Assembly: GCA_038146805.1 (NCBI GenBank)
Contig: JAYQSH010000007.1
Coordinates: forward strand, 32,379 to 96,378
DNA from: a bacterium
GTDB taxonomy: Bacteria > Cyanobacteriota > Vampirovibrionia > LMEP-6097
DNA: 64,000 bases
Direction of reading: 5' to 3'
Shown: piece by piece, positions 56,448 through 64,000 of the stretch
Layout: each line of letters begins with the position of its first letter
Position numbering within the stretch: position 1 is the stretch's first letter
The notes under the pieces: model-generated
The model's database searches: none
Seen by the model: the letters and a program-made list of their open reading frames with translations, nothing else
What the model was told of the DNA's origin: nothing
Program-made: the position numbers and the translations under genes

Positions 56448-57023
56448 ATGGAGTATTTAAACAAATTAGTACCGTTTTCTTTTTATTTTCTAGCAACTGC
56501 AAGTGTATTGTGTTCGCTTGGAATGATTTTTAACAAGAACCTAGTAAGAGCAGGTTTCACCTTAATTGGATCTTTTGTGGCAATAGCAGGAATTTATTTT
56601 ATGCTTAGTGCTAACTTTGTTGGTGTCTCACAAATTTTAATTTATGCAGTCGGCATAGTTTTAGTTATTGTATTTGCAATAATGCTCTGCTCACTCAAAG
56701 ATCCAGCAACACAAGAAAGTGCAGATGAAGATAGTGACAAGAGTCAAGGATTCTCATTGAAAAATATCACTGCATTTATTTTTTCTTGCGGCATTTTTGC
56801 TTTGTTAGTTAATGTCATAAATTCTATTGATTGGATTTCCATTGCCAAAATAAATAACTTTATGCATCGTGATGTAAATATTGCAGAAATAACAAAAATT
56901 TATACAAACCAAATTGGCTACCTCATGCTCAACGACTACATCTTAGGCTTTGAACTTGTTTCAGTTCTCTTACTCATCGTTTTAATTGGAGTCATAATCA
57001 TATCTAAAAAGGAAGTTAAATAA
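56448..57023 (+). CDS. nuoJ: NADH-quinone oxidoreductase subunit J (NdhG-like)
   Basis: 191 aa, NuoJ-type TM pattern with ...VSQILIYAVGIVLVIVFAIML. Confidence 0.85.
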   Translation: MEYLNKLVPFSFYFLATASVLCSLGMIFNKNLVRAGFTLIGSFVAIAGIYFMLSANFVGVSQILIYAVGIVLVIVFAIMLCSLKDPATQESADEDSDKSQGFSLKNITAFIFSCGIFALLVNVINSIDWISIAKINNFMHRDVNIAEITKIYTNQIGYLMLNDYILGFELVSVLLLIVLIGVIIISKKEVK

Positions 57024-57343
57024 TGAATATTTTTGAATTAAGTTTAAACCACTATTTGATCTTGTCTGCACTTTTGTTTTCAATAGGTGTTTATGGTCTA
57101 TGTACTCGAAACAACACTTTTAGAGTATTAATGAGTATCGAGGTGATTTTAAATGCAATCAATATTAACTTTGTTGCTTTTGCTCACTACGTTGATCCAA
57201 TCTTTGTCAAAGGACAAGTATTTAGTTTATTTGTAATGGCAATCGCAGCAGCTGAAGCCGCGATTGGACTTTCTTTGCTACTTATAATTTACAAAAACCG
57301 CGTTAATATTAAAATGGATTCATTTAATAGCTTAAAGTGGTAA
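57023..57343 (+). CDS. nuoK: NADH-quinone oxidoreductase subunit K (NdhE-like)
   Basis: 106 aa, LILSALLFSIGVYGL...MSIEVILNAINI motif. ATGA-type coupling to nuoJ. Confidence 0.9.
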   Translation: MNIFELSLNHYLILSALLFSIGVYGLCTRNNTFRVLMSIEVILNAININFVAFAHYVDPIFVKGQVFSLFVMAIAAAEAAIGLSLLLIIYKNRVNIKMDSFNSLKW

Positions 57344-57382
57344 TCTTATTTTGAAATAGGTCATTTAGGGTATATTATAGTT

Positions 57383-58729
57383 ATGTCAGATTCATTAGAA
57401 AGAGATGCAAAGTATTTGTCACCTGCACTTGGAAGAGCTCATCATATTGTTGCCGTAAAAGCAAAAGGTTCTTACATCACTGACGAGCAAGGCGATAACT
57501 ATCTAGATTTAACAAGTGGTATTGCTGTGAATCAAATTGGACATGCTCACCCTGAAATTGTTGAAGCAATCGCAAAACAAGCCGCAGACTGCATTCATAC
57601 CAGTTGTGTTGTTCACTACCCAGCAAATATTGACCTTGCAGAAAAACTTGCTCAAATAATGCCTGGTAATTTACAAACTAGTTTCTTTTGTAATAGTGGA
57701 GCAGAAGCAGTCGATGGTTCAATGAAGCTTGTCAAACTTGCTCAGCCAGGACGTAATAATGTTTTTGTACACCGCGGCTCTTTTCACGGTAGAACCCTTG
57801 GAGCAACTTCACTTACAACATCTAAAAGTTCTTATCGTAGGTATTATGACCCGATTCTCACTGGCATTCACACAACTGAATTTCCAAATATTTATGAGCA
57901 AGGAACTTTAAAGGCTCGAAAATTTTTAATAAATCACTTAAAAGATATTTTTCACAACTATATGGATACGGCGGTGCACCCTCAATCAGTGTCAGCAATT
58001 TACATAGAGCCAGTTTTAGGTGAAGGTGGCTATATACCAGCACCGGGTATTGGAGAAGAAGAAAACTATTTGCAATTTTTAAGAGATTATTGCGATGAAC
58101 ATGGTATTTTGCTTGTATTTGATGAAGTCCAATGTGGCTTTGCTCGTACAGGTAAAATGTTTGCTTCAGAATATTATGGTGTTGTTCCAGATATTCAATT
58201 AATGGCAAAAGGTTTAAGTGGCGGAGTGCCCTTGGGTGCTTTTAGTGCTAGCCATGAACTCATGAGCAAGATGCCACCGGGTTCACACGGAAGTACATGG
58301 GGAGGAAATCCAATTGCCTGCCGAGCTTCATTAAAATTAATAGAGATACTGGAAAGAGACAATATAATGCAAAATGTTTTGGATCGCTCAAATCAAGTCT
58401 TTGATTTTTTTGAAAAACATTTTGAAGGTTCGGACACTCGAAAAGCTGTCGCTGACGGAAGCCCAAGAACGAACGAGCCAAATCGTGGACATGGTTTCTC
58501 TGCTTACCACAATGCCAAGATCCAATTAAGAGGTCTTGGATTAATGATTGCACTGGTATTTCCAAACAATGAAACTGCAACAAAAGTAAAAGAACATTGT
58601 TTCAAAGAAAAAATCCTTACACTAAGTTGTGGTAGCTTTGGTAATATAATCAGATTAGCTCCGGATTTAACAATAAGCAAAGAAGACTTACAAAAAGGAC
58701 TCGATGCAATTGCAAATATTTTAAAATAA
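57383..58729 (+). CDS. class-III PLP-dependent aminotransferase (GabT/ArgD-like)
   Basis: 448 aa. GHAHPEIV, SGAEAVD, FDEVQCGFARTGKMFA, GGNP blocks. Contains an apparent insert of about 25-30 aa before the LRGLGLM block. Confidence 0.8.
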   Translation: MSDSLERDAKYLSPALGRAHHIVAVKAKGSYITDEQGDNYLDLTSGIAVNQIGHAHPEIVEAIAKQAADCIHTSCVVHYPANIDLAEKLAQIMPGNLQTSFFCNSGAEAVDGSMKLVKLAQPGRNNVFVHRGSFHGRTLGATSLTTSKSSYRRYYDPILTGIHTTEFPNIYEQGTLKARKFLINHLKDIFHNYMDTAVHPQSVSAIYIEPVLGEGGYIPAPGIGEEENYLQFLRDYCDEHGILLVFDEVQCGFARTGKMFASEYYGVVPDIQLMAKGLSGGVPLGAFSASHELMSKMPPGSHGSTWGGNPIACRASLKLIEILERDNIMQNVLDRSNQVFDFFEKHFEGSDTRKAVADGSPRTNEPNRGHGFSAYHNAKIQLRGLGLMIALVFPNNETATKVKEHCFKEKILTLSCGSFGNIIRLAPDLTISKEDLQKGLDAIANILK

Positions 58730-58739
58730 AAGAAAACTT

Positions 58740-60236
58740 ATGACTATAAATACAGTAGAAAAAAACAAAAGCCTAGAAGAAATGGGATTAATTGAAGACG
58801 GAAAAATTATTAATCTAAACCCTGCAAAAATTTCTGAAATCGTATCAAGCCACGAAATAGACTCAGAGGCTCAGTTAGAACAAAAACTCATTGCCGCTGA
58901 CAAGGCTTTTAAAACTTGGAGCAAAACACCAGCACCCACAAGAGCAAAATATTTATCAAAGGCAAACGAAATTTTCACTGCCAAAAAAGAAGAGCTTGCG
59001 CTAACTTTACATAGAGAAAATGGAAAACCATTGGAAGAAGCAAGAGGTGAGATACAAGAAATTATCGATGTCTTTGAATTTTTCATTGGTGAAGGTAGAA
59101 GACTTTATGGCATGACGGGGCAATCTGAAATGCCAAACAAAACAATAATGACAACGCGCGAAGCTCTAGGTCCTTGTGTTTTTATTACAGCATGGAATTT
59201 CCCCGCGGCTGTTCCAGCTTGGAAAGCGGCACCTGCTTTAATCGCTGGTAACACTTTTATTTTAAAACCTTCAGAGTTAGCTCCGTTATCTGGAAAACTT
59301 TTTGTTGATGTCTTAAATGAGGCTGGTTTACCAGAGGGTGTAGCACAATATGCTATGGGAACAGGATCAGTTGGTGAGTATTTAGCAAAGCATCCATTGT
59401 CAAAGCTTGTCAGTGTAACTGGTTCAGTAGAAGTCGGTAGACACGTTGCACAAATTGCAGCAGCAGGTTTCAAAAAATGTGCTCTAGAGCTTGGTGGAAA
59501 AAATTCTACTATCGTAGTTCGAGATGCAAATCTAGAGTTAGTTTTAGATGGTGTTTTATGGGGCGCCTATGGAACAGGCGGACAAAGATGTACATCAACA
59601 AGTAGATTAATTATCGAAAGATCAATCTCTGATGGTTTTCTAAAGCAATTAGTTACCAAGGCACAAGATCTTTACACAGATAAACCAGCTATAAACTATG
59701 CACCAATAATCAATAAAAAACAATTAGAAAAAATTGATAACATGGTACAAAGAGCGATTAAAGAAGGAGCTGAACTTATTTGTGGTGGCAAAATTTTAGA
59801 TGATGGATCAAACAGTGGTTATTACTATGCTCCAACAATATTAAAAGCAAAGCATGGTAGTGAAATTACAAAAAAAGAAGTTTTTGGTCCTGTTTTAAGT
59901 GTAATTGAACTTGAAGAAAATTCTAAAGAAGAGTTTCTTAATAAAGCACTAGAAATTGCTAATGATATTGAATATGGACTTTCAAATGCAGTTTATACAC
60001 AAGATTTCAACTTGGGTATGCAAGCAGTACATGCTTTTGAATCAGGCTTGGTCTATCTAAACGCACCAACAATAGGAGCGGAGTGTGGCGGAGCAAGTCA
60101 GTTTGGTGGTTGGAAAAACACAGGTAATGGCTCAAGAGAGTCTGGGGTTGCCGCACTTGAAACCTATACACAATACAAAACAATTGCAATTGATTACTCT
60201 GGTAAATTGCAAAGAGCACAAATTGACATTGATTAA
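58740..60236 (+). CDS. NAD(P)-dependent aldehyde dehydrogenase (succinate-semialdehyde DH-like)
   Basis: 498 aa. FPAAVPAWKAAPALIAGNT, ELGGKN, catalytic-Cys block GQRCTS. Confidence 0.85.
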   Translation: MTINTVEKNKSLEEMGLIEDGKIINLNPAKISEIVSSHEIDSEAQLEQKLIAADKAFKTWSKTPAPTRAKYLSKANEIFTAKKEELALTLHRENGKPLEEARGEIQEIIDVFEFFIGEGRRLYGMTGQSEMPNKTIMTTREALGPCVFITAWNFPAAVPAWKAAPALIAGNTFILKPSELAPLSGKLFVDVLNEAGLPEGVAQYAMGTGSVGEYLAKHPLSKLVSVTGSVEVGRHVAQIAAAGFKKCALELGGKNSTIVVRDANLELVLDGVLWGAYGTGGQRCTSTSRLIIERSISDGFLKQLVTKAQDLYTDKPAINYAPIINKKQLEKIDNMVQRAIKEGAELICGGKILDDGSNSGYYYAPTILKAKHGSEITKKEVFGPVLSVIELEENSKEEFLNKALEIANDIEYGLSNAVYTQDFNLGMQAVHAFESGLVYLNAPTIGAECGGASQFGGWKNTGNGSRESGVAALETYTQYKTIAIDYSGKLQRAQIDID

Positions 60237-60239
60237 AAA

Positions 60240-61181
60240 TTAGACAACTAAATTAAAACGATGTAAAAGTTTTCTTGATTCTTGTTTTTGAGTTTGTAAA
60301 TTTTTTGTTTGTAGTTCTTGTACACGATAAACCAGTTCTTGTTTTTGTTCGTGGCTTAAATTGTCAATTGCAAAAGCTAGCTTATCAATATTAATATTTT
60401 CAAATTCTCTATCCTCTTGTTGTTTTAACTGATCAATTTCTCTATGTGTAAGGTTTTTTCCTTTTGCTAGAGTTATATTTGCTTTTTGCAAATGACTTTC
60501 CCTTTGGGCAATTAAAGTAGCAAGACTTGGATAATCACTCGAAAATGATTTGAGTTCTTCTAAAGTCATAGACTTAAAACTTGCTTTTAAAGCATCATCA
60601 ACAGCTGTAAGCATTTCTTGATAGTGTTCTTGGTAATCAGCAGAATCTTTATCGTTTGGTGCAGTGACTTCATAAATTCTTTGCACCTGCTCTGGATCTC
60701 CAGCACTTGCAAGCAAAAGATCCATTTTTAATCTTTCTTGCATAAGTTTTTTTCTTTCTTTTTGTAAATTTTCAAAAGCTTCGTATAATTCATCTAAGTT
60801 TGCAAAAGAAATTGTGTCACCAGTATAGGGATCAGTAATTTCTCCAGAGATGGTTATTGGCGCTGCCTTGATATCAGATAAAGCAAAGAGATTATTTGCA
60901 AAACCATTATGATCAATATATTGAATTGGTTTTGCTCTTAAGGCTGCTTCAATAAATAAATCAACATTTTCTTGTGAGAGCGTATTTGGTAGGATCTCAA
61001 AGAAACGATATTGATTATTAACGGCAAGATTAAATTCAGAATTGGATGCTGAATTTTTATCTCGCAATCGTTCTCTAAAATTGCTGCCTAAATTAGCACC
61101 AAAATTAGCTGCAACCTTAAAGGGATTTGATAATAAAGACAAAACGCCAAACTCCCTGTTCATAAAAGTAGCCTCCCTCAA
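60240..61181 (-). CDS. hypothetical protein
   Basis: 313-aa ORF, helical and coiled-coil rich. No family recognised. Confidence 0.5.
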   Translation of the reverse strand: MREATFMNREFGVLSLLSNPFKVAANFGANLGSNFRERLRDKNSASNSEFNLAVNNQYRFFEILPNTLSQENVDLFIEAALRAKPIQYIDHNGFANNLFALSDIKAAPITISGEITDPYTGDTISFANLDELYEAFENLQKERKKLMQERLKMDLLLASAGDPEQVQRIYEVTAPNDKDSADYQEHYQEMLTAVDDALKASFKSMTLEELKSFSSDYPSLATLIAQRESHLQKANITLAKGKNLTHREIDQLKQQEDREFENINIDKLAFAIDNLSHEQKQELVYRVQELQTKNLQTQKQESRKLLHRFNLVV

Positions 61182-61304
61182 GTGTTTATATAAGGTTTTC
61201 TTAACCTTGTTATTGACAAAAACTTTTGATTTTTTATCATATTTTTAGTTGATACAAAATAAAACCGCTTTCTGAGATAAAGATTGTTGTAAAATCATTA
61301 CTAA

Positions 61305-62681
61305 ATGTCTACTGAAAAATTATGGCAAGGAAGAATTCAAAGCTCATGCGCGGAGATTCTTAATGAATTTAACTCCAGCCTTAGTTTTGATATTAATTTA
61401 TTTCAAGAAGATATAGATGCCAGTATTATTCATGCAGAAATGCTGGCAAAACAAGAAATTATAACTATTTCTGAGTTTGAAACTATCAAACAAGCACTTT
61501 TAGAAATAAAAAAAGAAATTAGCTCAGATATCAAGCAATGGCTAAATGATCATTGTCATGAAGAAGATATCCATATGGCTATCGAAAAAGAATTAACTAA
61601 CAAAATTGGTGATATTGGCAAAAAATTACATACAGCAAGAAGTCGCAATGATCAAGTAATCACAGACTTAAAACTCTGGCTCAAAAAAGAAATAAACATT
61701 GTCATCGAGCTCTTAAAAGAGTTAGAAACGACATTAGTCGAAAAAGCCAAAAATGATATTGATATATTTTTACCGGGTTATACTCACCTACAACAAGCAC
61801 AAGCAATATCACTAGGGCATTTTTGGCTTGCCTACAAAGAAAAATTTAGCCGCGATATCTCTAGACTAGAAGATTCTTATAAAAGAACTGATATAAATCC
61901 TTTAGGTTCTGGTGCACTTGCGGGTTCAAGTTTTGCGATTGATCGAGAATATACAACACAAAAACTAGGTTTTGCTGCAATGACACAAAACTCATTAGAC
62001 GCAGTTTCAGACAGAGACTATGTTTGCGAGTATGAGTTTTGTATATCAATGATAATGCTGCATTTGAGTTCACTCTCAGAAGAAATGATAGTCTGGAACT
62101 CACAAGAATTTAACTTTATAGAAATTAGTGATGATTTTGCAACAGGAAGTAGCATGATGCCACAAAAGAAAAATCCTGACATTCCTGAATTGCTTCGAGC
62201 TAAAACTGGTCGAGTTATAGGTGTTTTAAATGCTTTATTAATCACCTTAAAAGCATTACCACTAGCTTACAACAAAGACTTACAAGAAGACAAAGAAATG
62301 CTTTTTATGGCATCTGATACAACAAAAAAATGCCTCAAAATAGCAATAGAATTTTTAAAAAATATCAAAGCAAATAAAGAAAAAATGCTTTTAAGCTTAG
62401 AAGCTTCTTTTTGCGGAGCAACAGATCTTGCTGACTACCTTGTAAAAAAAGGACTTGCATTTAGAGATGCCTATAAAATCGTTGGTACTTTAGTGAATCA
62501 ATGTATCACTACACAAAAAAAATTCTCTGACTTAAGTCTAAAAGAGTTTCAAGCATGTAGCGATTTTTTTAGTGAAGATATTTTTGAAATTTTAAAAATA
62601 GAAAATTCTGTAGACTCTAGAAACATCATCGGTGGAACAAGCAGACTACAAATTCAAAGTCAAATCAACAAAGTAAAATAA
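61305..62681 (+). CDS. argH: argininosuccinate lyase
   Basis: 458 aa. Lyase signature GSSMMPQKKNPD and ArgH-type N-terminus (KLWQGR). Confidence 0.9.
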   Translation: MSTEKLWQGRIQSSCAEILNEFNSSLSFDINLFQEDIDASIIHAEMLAKQEIITISEFETIKQALLEIKKEISSDIKQWLNDHCHEEDIHMAIEKELTNKIGDIGKKLHTARSRNDQVITDLKLWLKKEINIVIELLKELETTLVEKAKNDIDIFLPGYTHLQQAQAISLGHFWLAYKEKFSRDISRLEDSYKRTDINPLGSGALAGSSFAIDREYTTQKLGFAAMTQNSLDAVSDRDYVCEYEFCISMIMLHLSSLSEEMIVWNSQEFNFIEISDDFATGSSMMPQKKNPDIPELLRAKTGRVIGVLNALLITLKALPLAYNKDLQEDKEMLFMASDTTKKCLKIAIEFLKNIKANKEKMLLSLEASFCGATDLADYLVKKGLAFRDAYKIVGTLVNQCITTQKKFSDLSLKEFQACSDFFSEDIFEILKIENSVDSRNIIGGTSRLQIQSQINKVK

Positions 62682-62682
62682 A

Positions 62683-63684
62683 ATGTTAGAACGCCCTCGC
62701 AGATTAAGACAAAACAACAATATTAGAGACTTGGTCTCTGAAATTTCAATATCTGCAAACGATTTTATTTACCCAATATTTATCAAAGAAAATTGCGTTA
62801 AAGAAGAGATTAGATCTTTACCAGAGCAGTTTTATTTTGGAAAAGAAGCATTACAAAAAGAAATTGAAGAACTTATAAAACTTGGTATCAAAGCAATTGC
62901 TTTATTTCCAGTTGTTGATGAAAGCAAAAAAACTAGTCTTGCTGAAAATTCATACAAAGATAGTAATTTTTTAAATCAAACTGTAAGCTTGACCAAGAAA
63001 AACTTTGCTGATTCAATGCTCATTGCAACAGATGTGGCATTAGATCCTTATACTAACCATGGGCACGATGGCATCATCGAAAATGGCGAAATTTTAAACG
63101 ATAAAACAGTAGATATTCTTTGCAAAATGGCGATATCACAAGCAAATGCAGGTGCTGACATCATATGCCCCTCTGACATGATGGATGCAAGAGTTATTAA
63201 TATTAGACAAGAACTTGAAAAAAATGCTTTTGAAAACAAAATAATCATGTCATATACAGCAAAATATGCATCAAGTTTGTATGGCCCTTTTCGCAGAGCA
63301 CTAGCATCGCTTGGAACAAAAAAATCAACAAAAGGCAAGATTCCATTAGATAAAAAAACCTACCAAATGGATTTTAAAAATAAAAAAGAAGCTTTAAAAG
63401 AATTTCTTTTAGACGATAATGAAAGTGCCGATATACTAATGGTCAAGCCTGCTTCATGGTACTTAGATATAATTCAAGACTTCAAAAACAATAGTTTAAA
63501 ACCAATTGCTGCATATCAAGTAAGCGGTGAATATGCAATGCTAATGAATGCAATAAAGAATAATATTCTTGAAGAAAAAGAAGCAATAATAGAATCAATT
63601 TTTGCAATAAAAAGAGCTGGAGCAGATATAATCTTAAGCTATTTTGCTAAAAAGTATTTAAAAGAATTAAACTTTTTTACCTAG
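62683..63684 (+). CDS. hemB: porphobilinogen synthase (Asp-rich, Mg-type metal site)
   Basis: 333 aa. RPRRLR N-terminus, DVALDPYTNHGHDG (Asp-rich instead of a Cys-rich Zn site), and the active-site Lys region ...MVKPA. Confidence 0.9.
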   Translation: MLERPRRLRQNNNIRDLVSEISISANDFIYPIFIKENCVKEEIRSLPEQFYFGKEALQKEIEELIKLGIKAIALFPVVDESKKTSLAENSYKDSNFLNQTVSLTKKNFADSMLIATDVALDPYTNHGHDGIIENGEILNDKTVDILCKMAISQANAGADIICPSDMMDARVINIRQELEKNAFENKIIMSYTAKYASSLYGPFRRALASLGTKKSTKGKIPLDKKTYQMDFKNKKEALKEFLLDDNESADILMVKPASWYLDIIQDFKNNSLKPIAAYQVSGEYAMLMNAIKNNILEEKEAIIESIFAIKRAGADIILSYFAKKYLKELNFFT

Positions 63685-63885
63685 TCTAAAAGTACTAGTT
63701 TTTATAAGATCAAAAACTTTAATAAAATTGGTACTCTAGATAACCCATTTTTATTAATAACTAGTCTCTTAAGTAGTTAGAAAAACCTAATAATACCAGA
63801 AAAAAATAACGGAAATTTAGTTATTTTAATTGATAAATAAAAAAAATTAAATAGTGAATAAATTTTTCATACTAGAAATTAGTAT

Positions 63886-64000
63886 GAGAAAAATAAAACT
63901 TATTTTGCTATTACTATTGGTGAGCACTATTAGTGTTTATAATGCGCACGCGCAAAGAATACAATTAAGAAACTTAGATAAATTTGAAAACCTTAGTTCT
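63886..64000 (+). CDS. hypothetical secreted protein, 5' fragment (runs off right edge)
   Basis: MRKIKLILLLLLVSTISVYNAHAQ signal peptide. Open to the end of the window. Confidence 0.4.

Noticed and set aside
57729-59473. Overlapping or antisense ORFs inside the aminotransferase and aldehyde dehydrogenase genes (57729..57911, 57858..58208, 58260..58583, 58871..59086, 59105..59473)
   Set aside because: They are shadow ORFs within genes that show complete family motifs on the + strand.

Overview
Visibly AT-rich bacterial chromosomal segment with about 60 genes, read with the standard genetic code. I saw no rRNA, tRNA or CRISPR array by eye. The backbone is housekeeping: System II cytochrome c maturation (resB/ccsA-like), heme synthesis (hemA, hemD, hemB), dnaG, purB, miaB, mnmG, ileS, valS, ispD, plsY, aroE, carB, trpF, rimM, nuoJ/nuoK, a gabT/gabD-like pair and argH. 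There is also a small flagellar locus (flgI, an unusual VirB10/TrbI-like gene, flgJ) bracketed by two collagen-repeat fibre genes. Accessory content: (1) a 4.6 kb insertion-sequence nest at 19.4-23.9 kb, made of an IS3 element, an alpha/beta-hydrolase cargo gene, and a chimeric IS30 plus IS4/IS701-like unit bounded by perfect 33-bp inverted repeats. (2) A 232-bp MITE-like element in three copies, two of them full length with 5-bp target-site duplications and in inverted orientation around 16.8 kb of core genes. (3) A 1.4 kb gene-free stretch full of repeats upstream of carB. (4) The most interesting region, 50.5-55.4 kb: a divergent cluster of proteins without signal peptides and with low-complexity sequence, including a paralogous pair, two tandem mini-ORFs with duplicated ribosome-binding sites, and a T/E/P repeat tail. 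I recognise no family for any of them. A tandem pair of unknown paralogs (35.2-37.4 kb), a DUF433 fusion protein and a Xer-like recombinase lacking its catalytic tyrosine are also notable. At least seven reading frames are interrupted; five of the breaks (in five genes) fall at homopolymer runs, so assembly indel error must be excluded before calling any of them pseudogenes. Gene content is compatible with an AT-rich diderm, possibly a lineage related to non-photosynthetic cyanobacteria, but that is inference only. All family calls come from motif recognition by eye; no searches were run.
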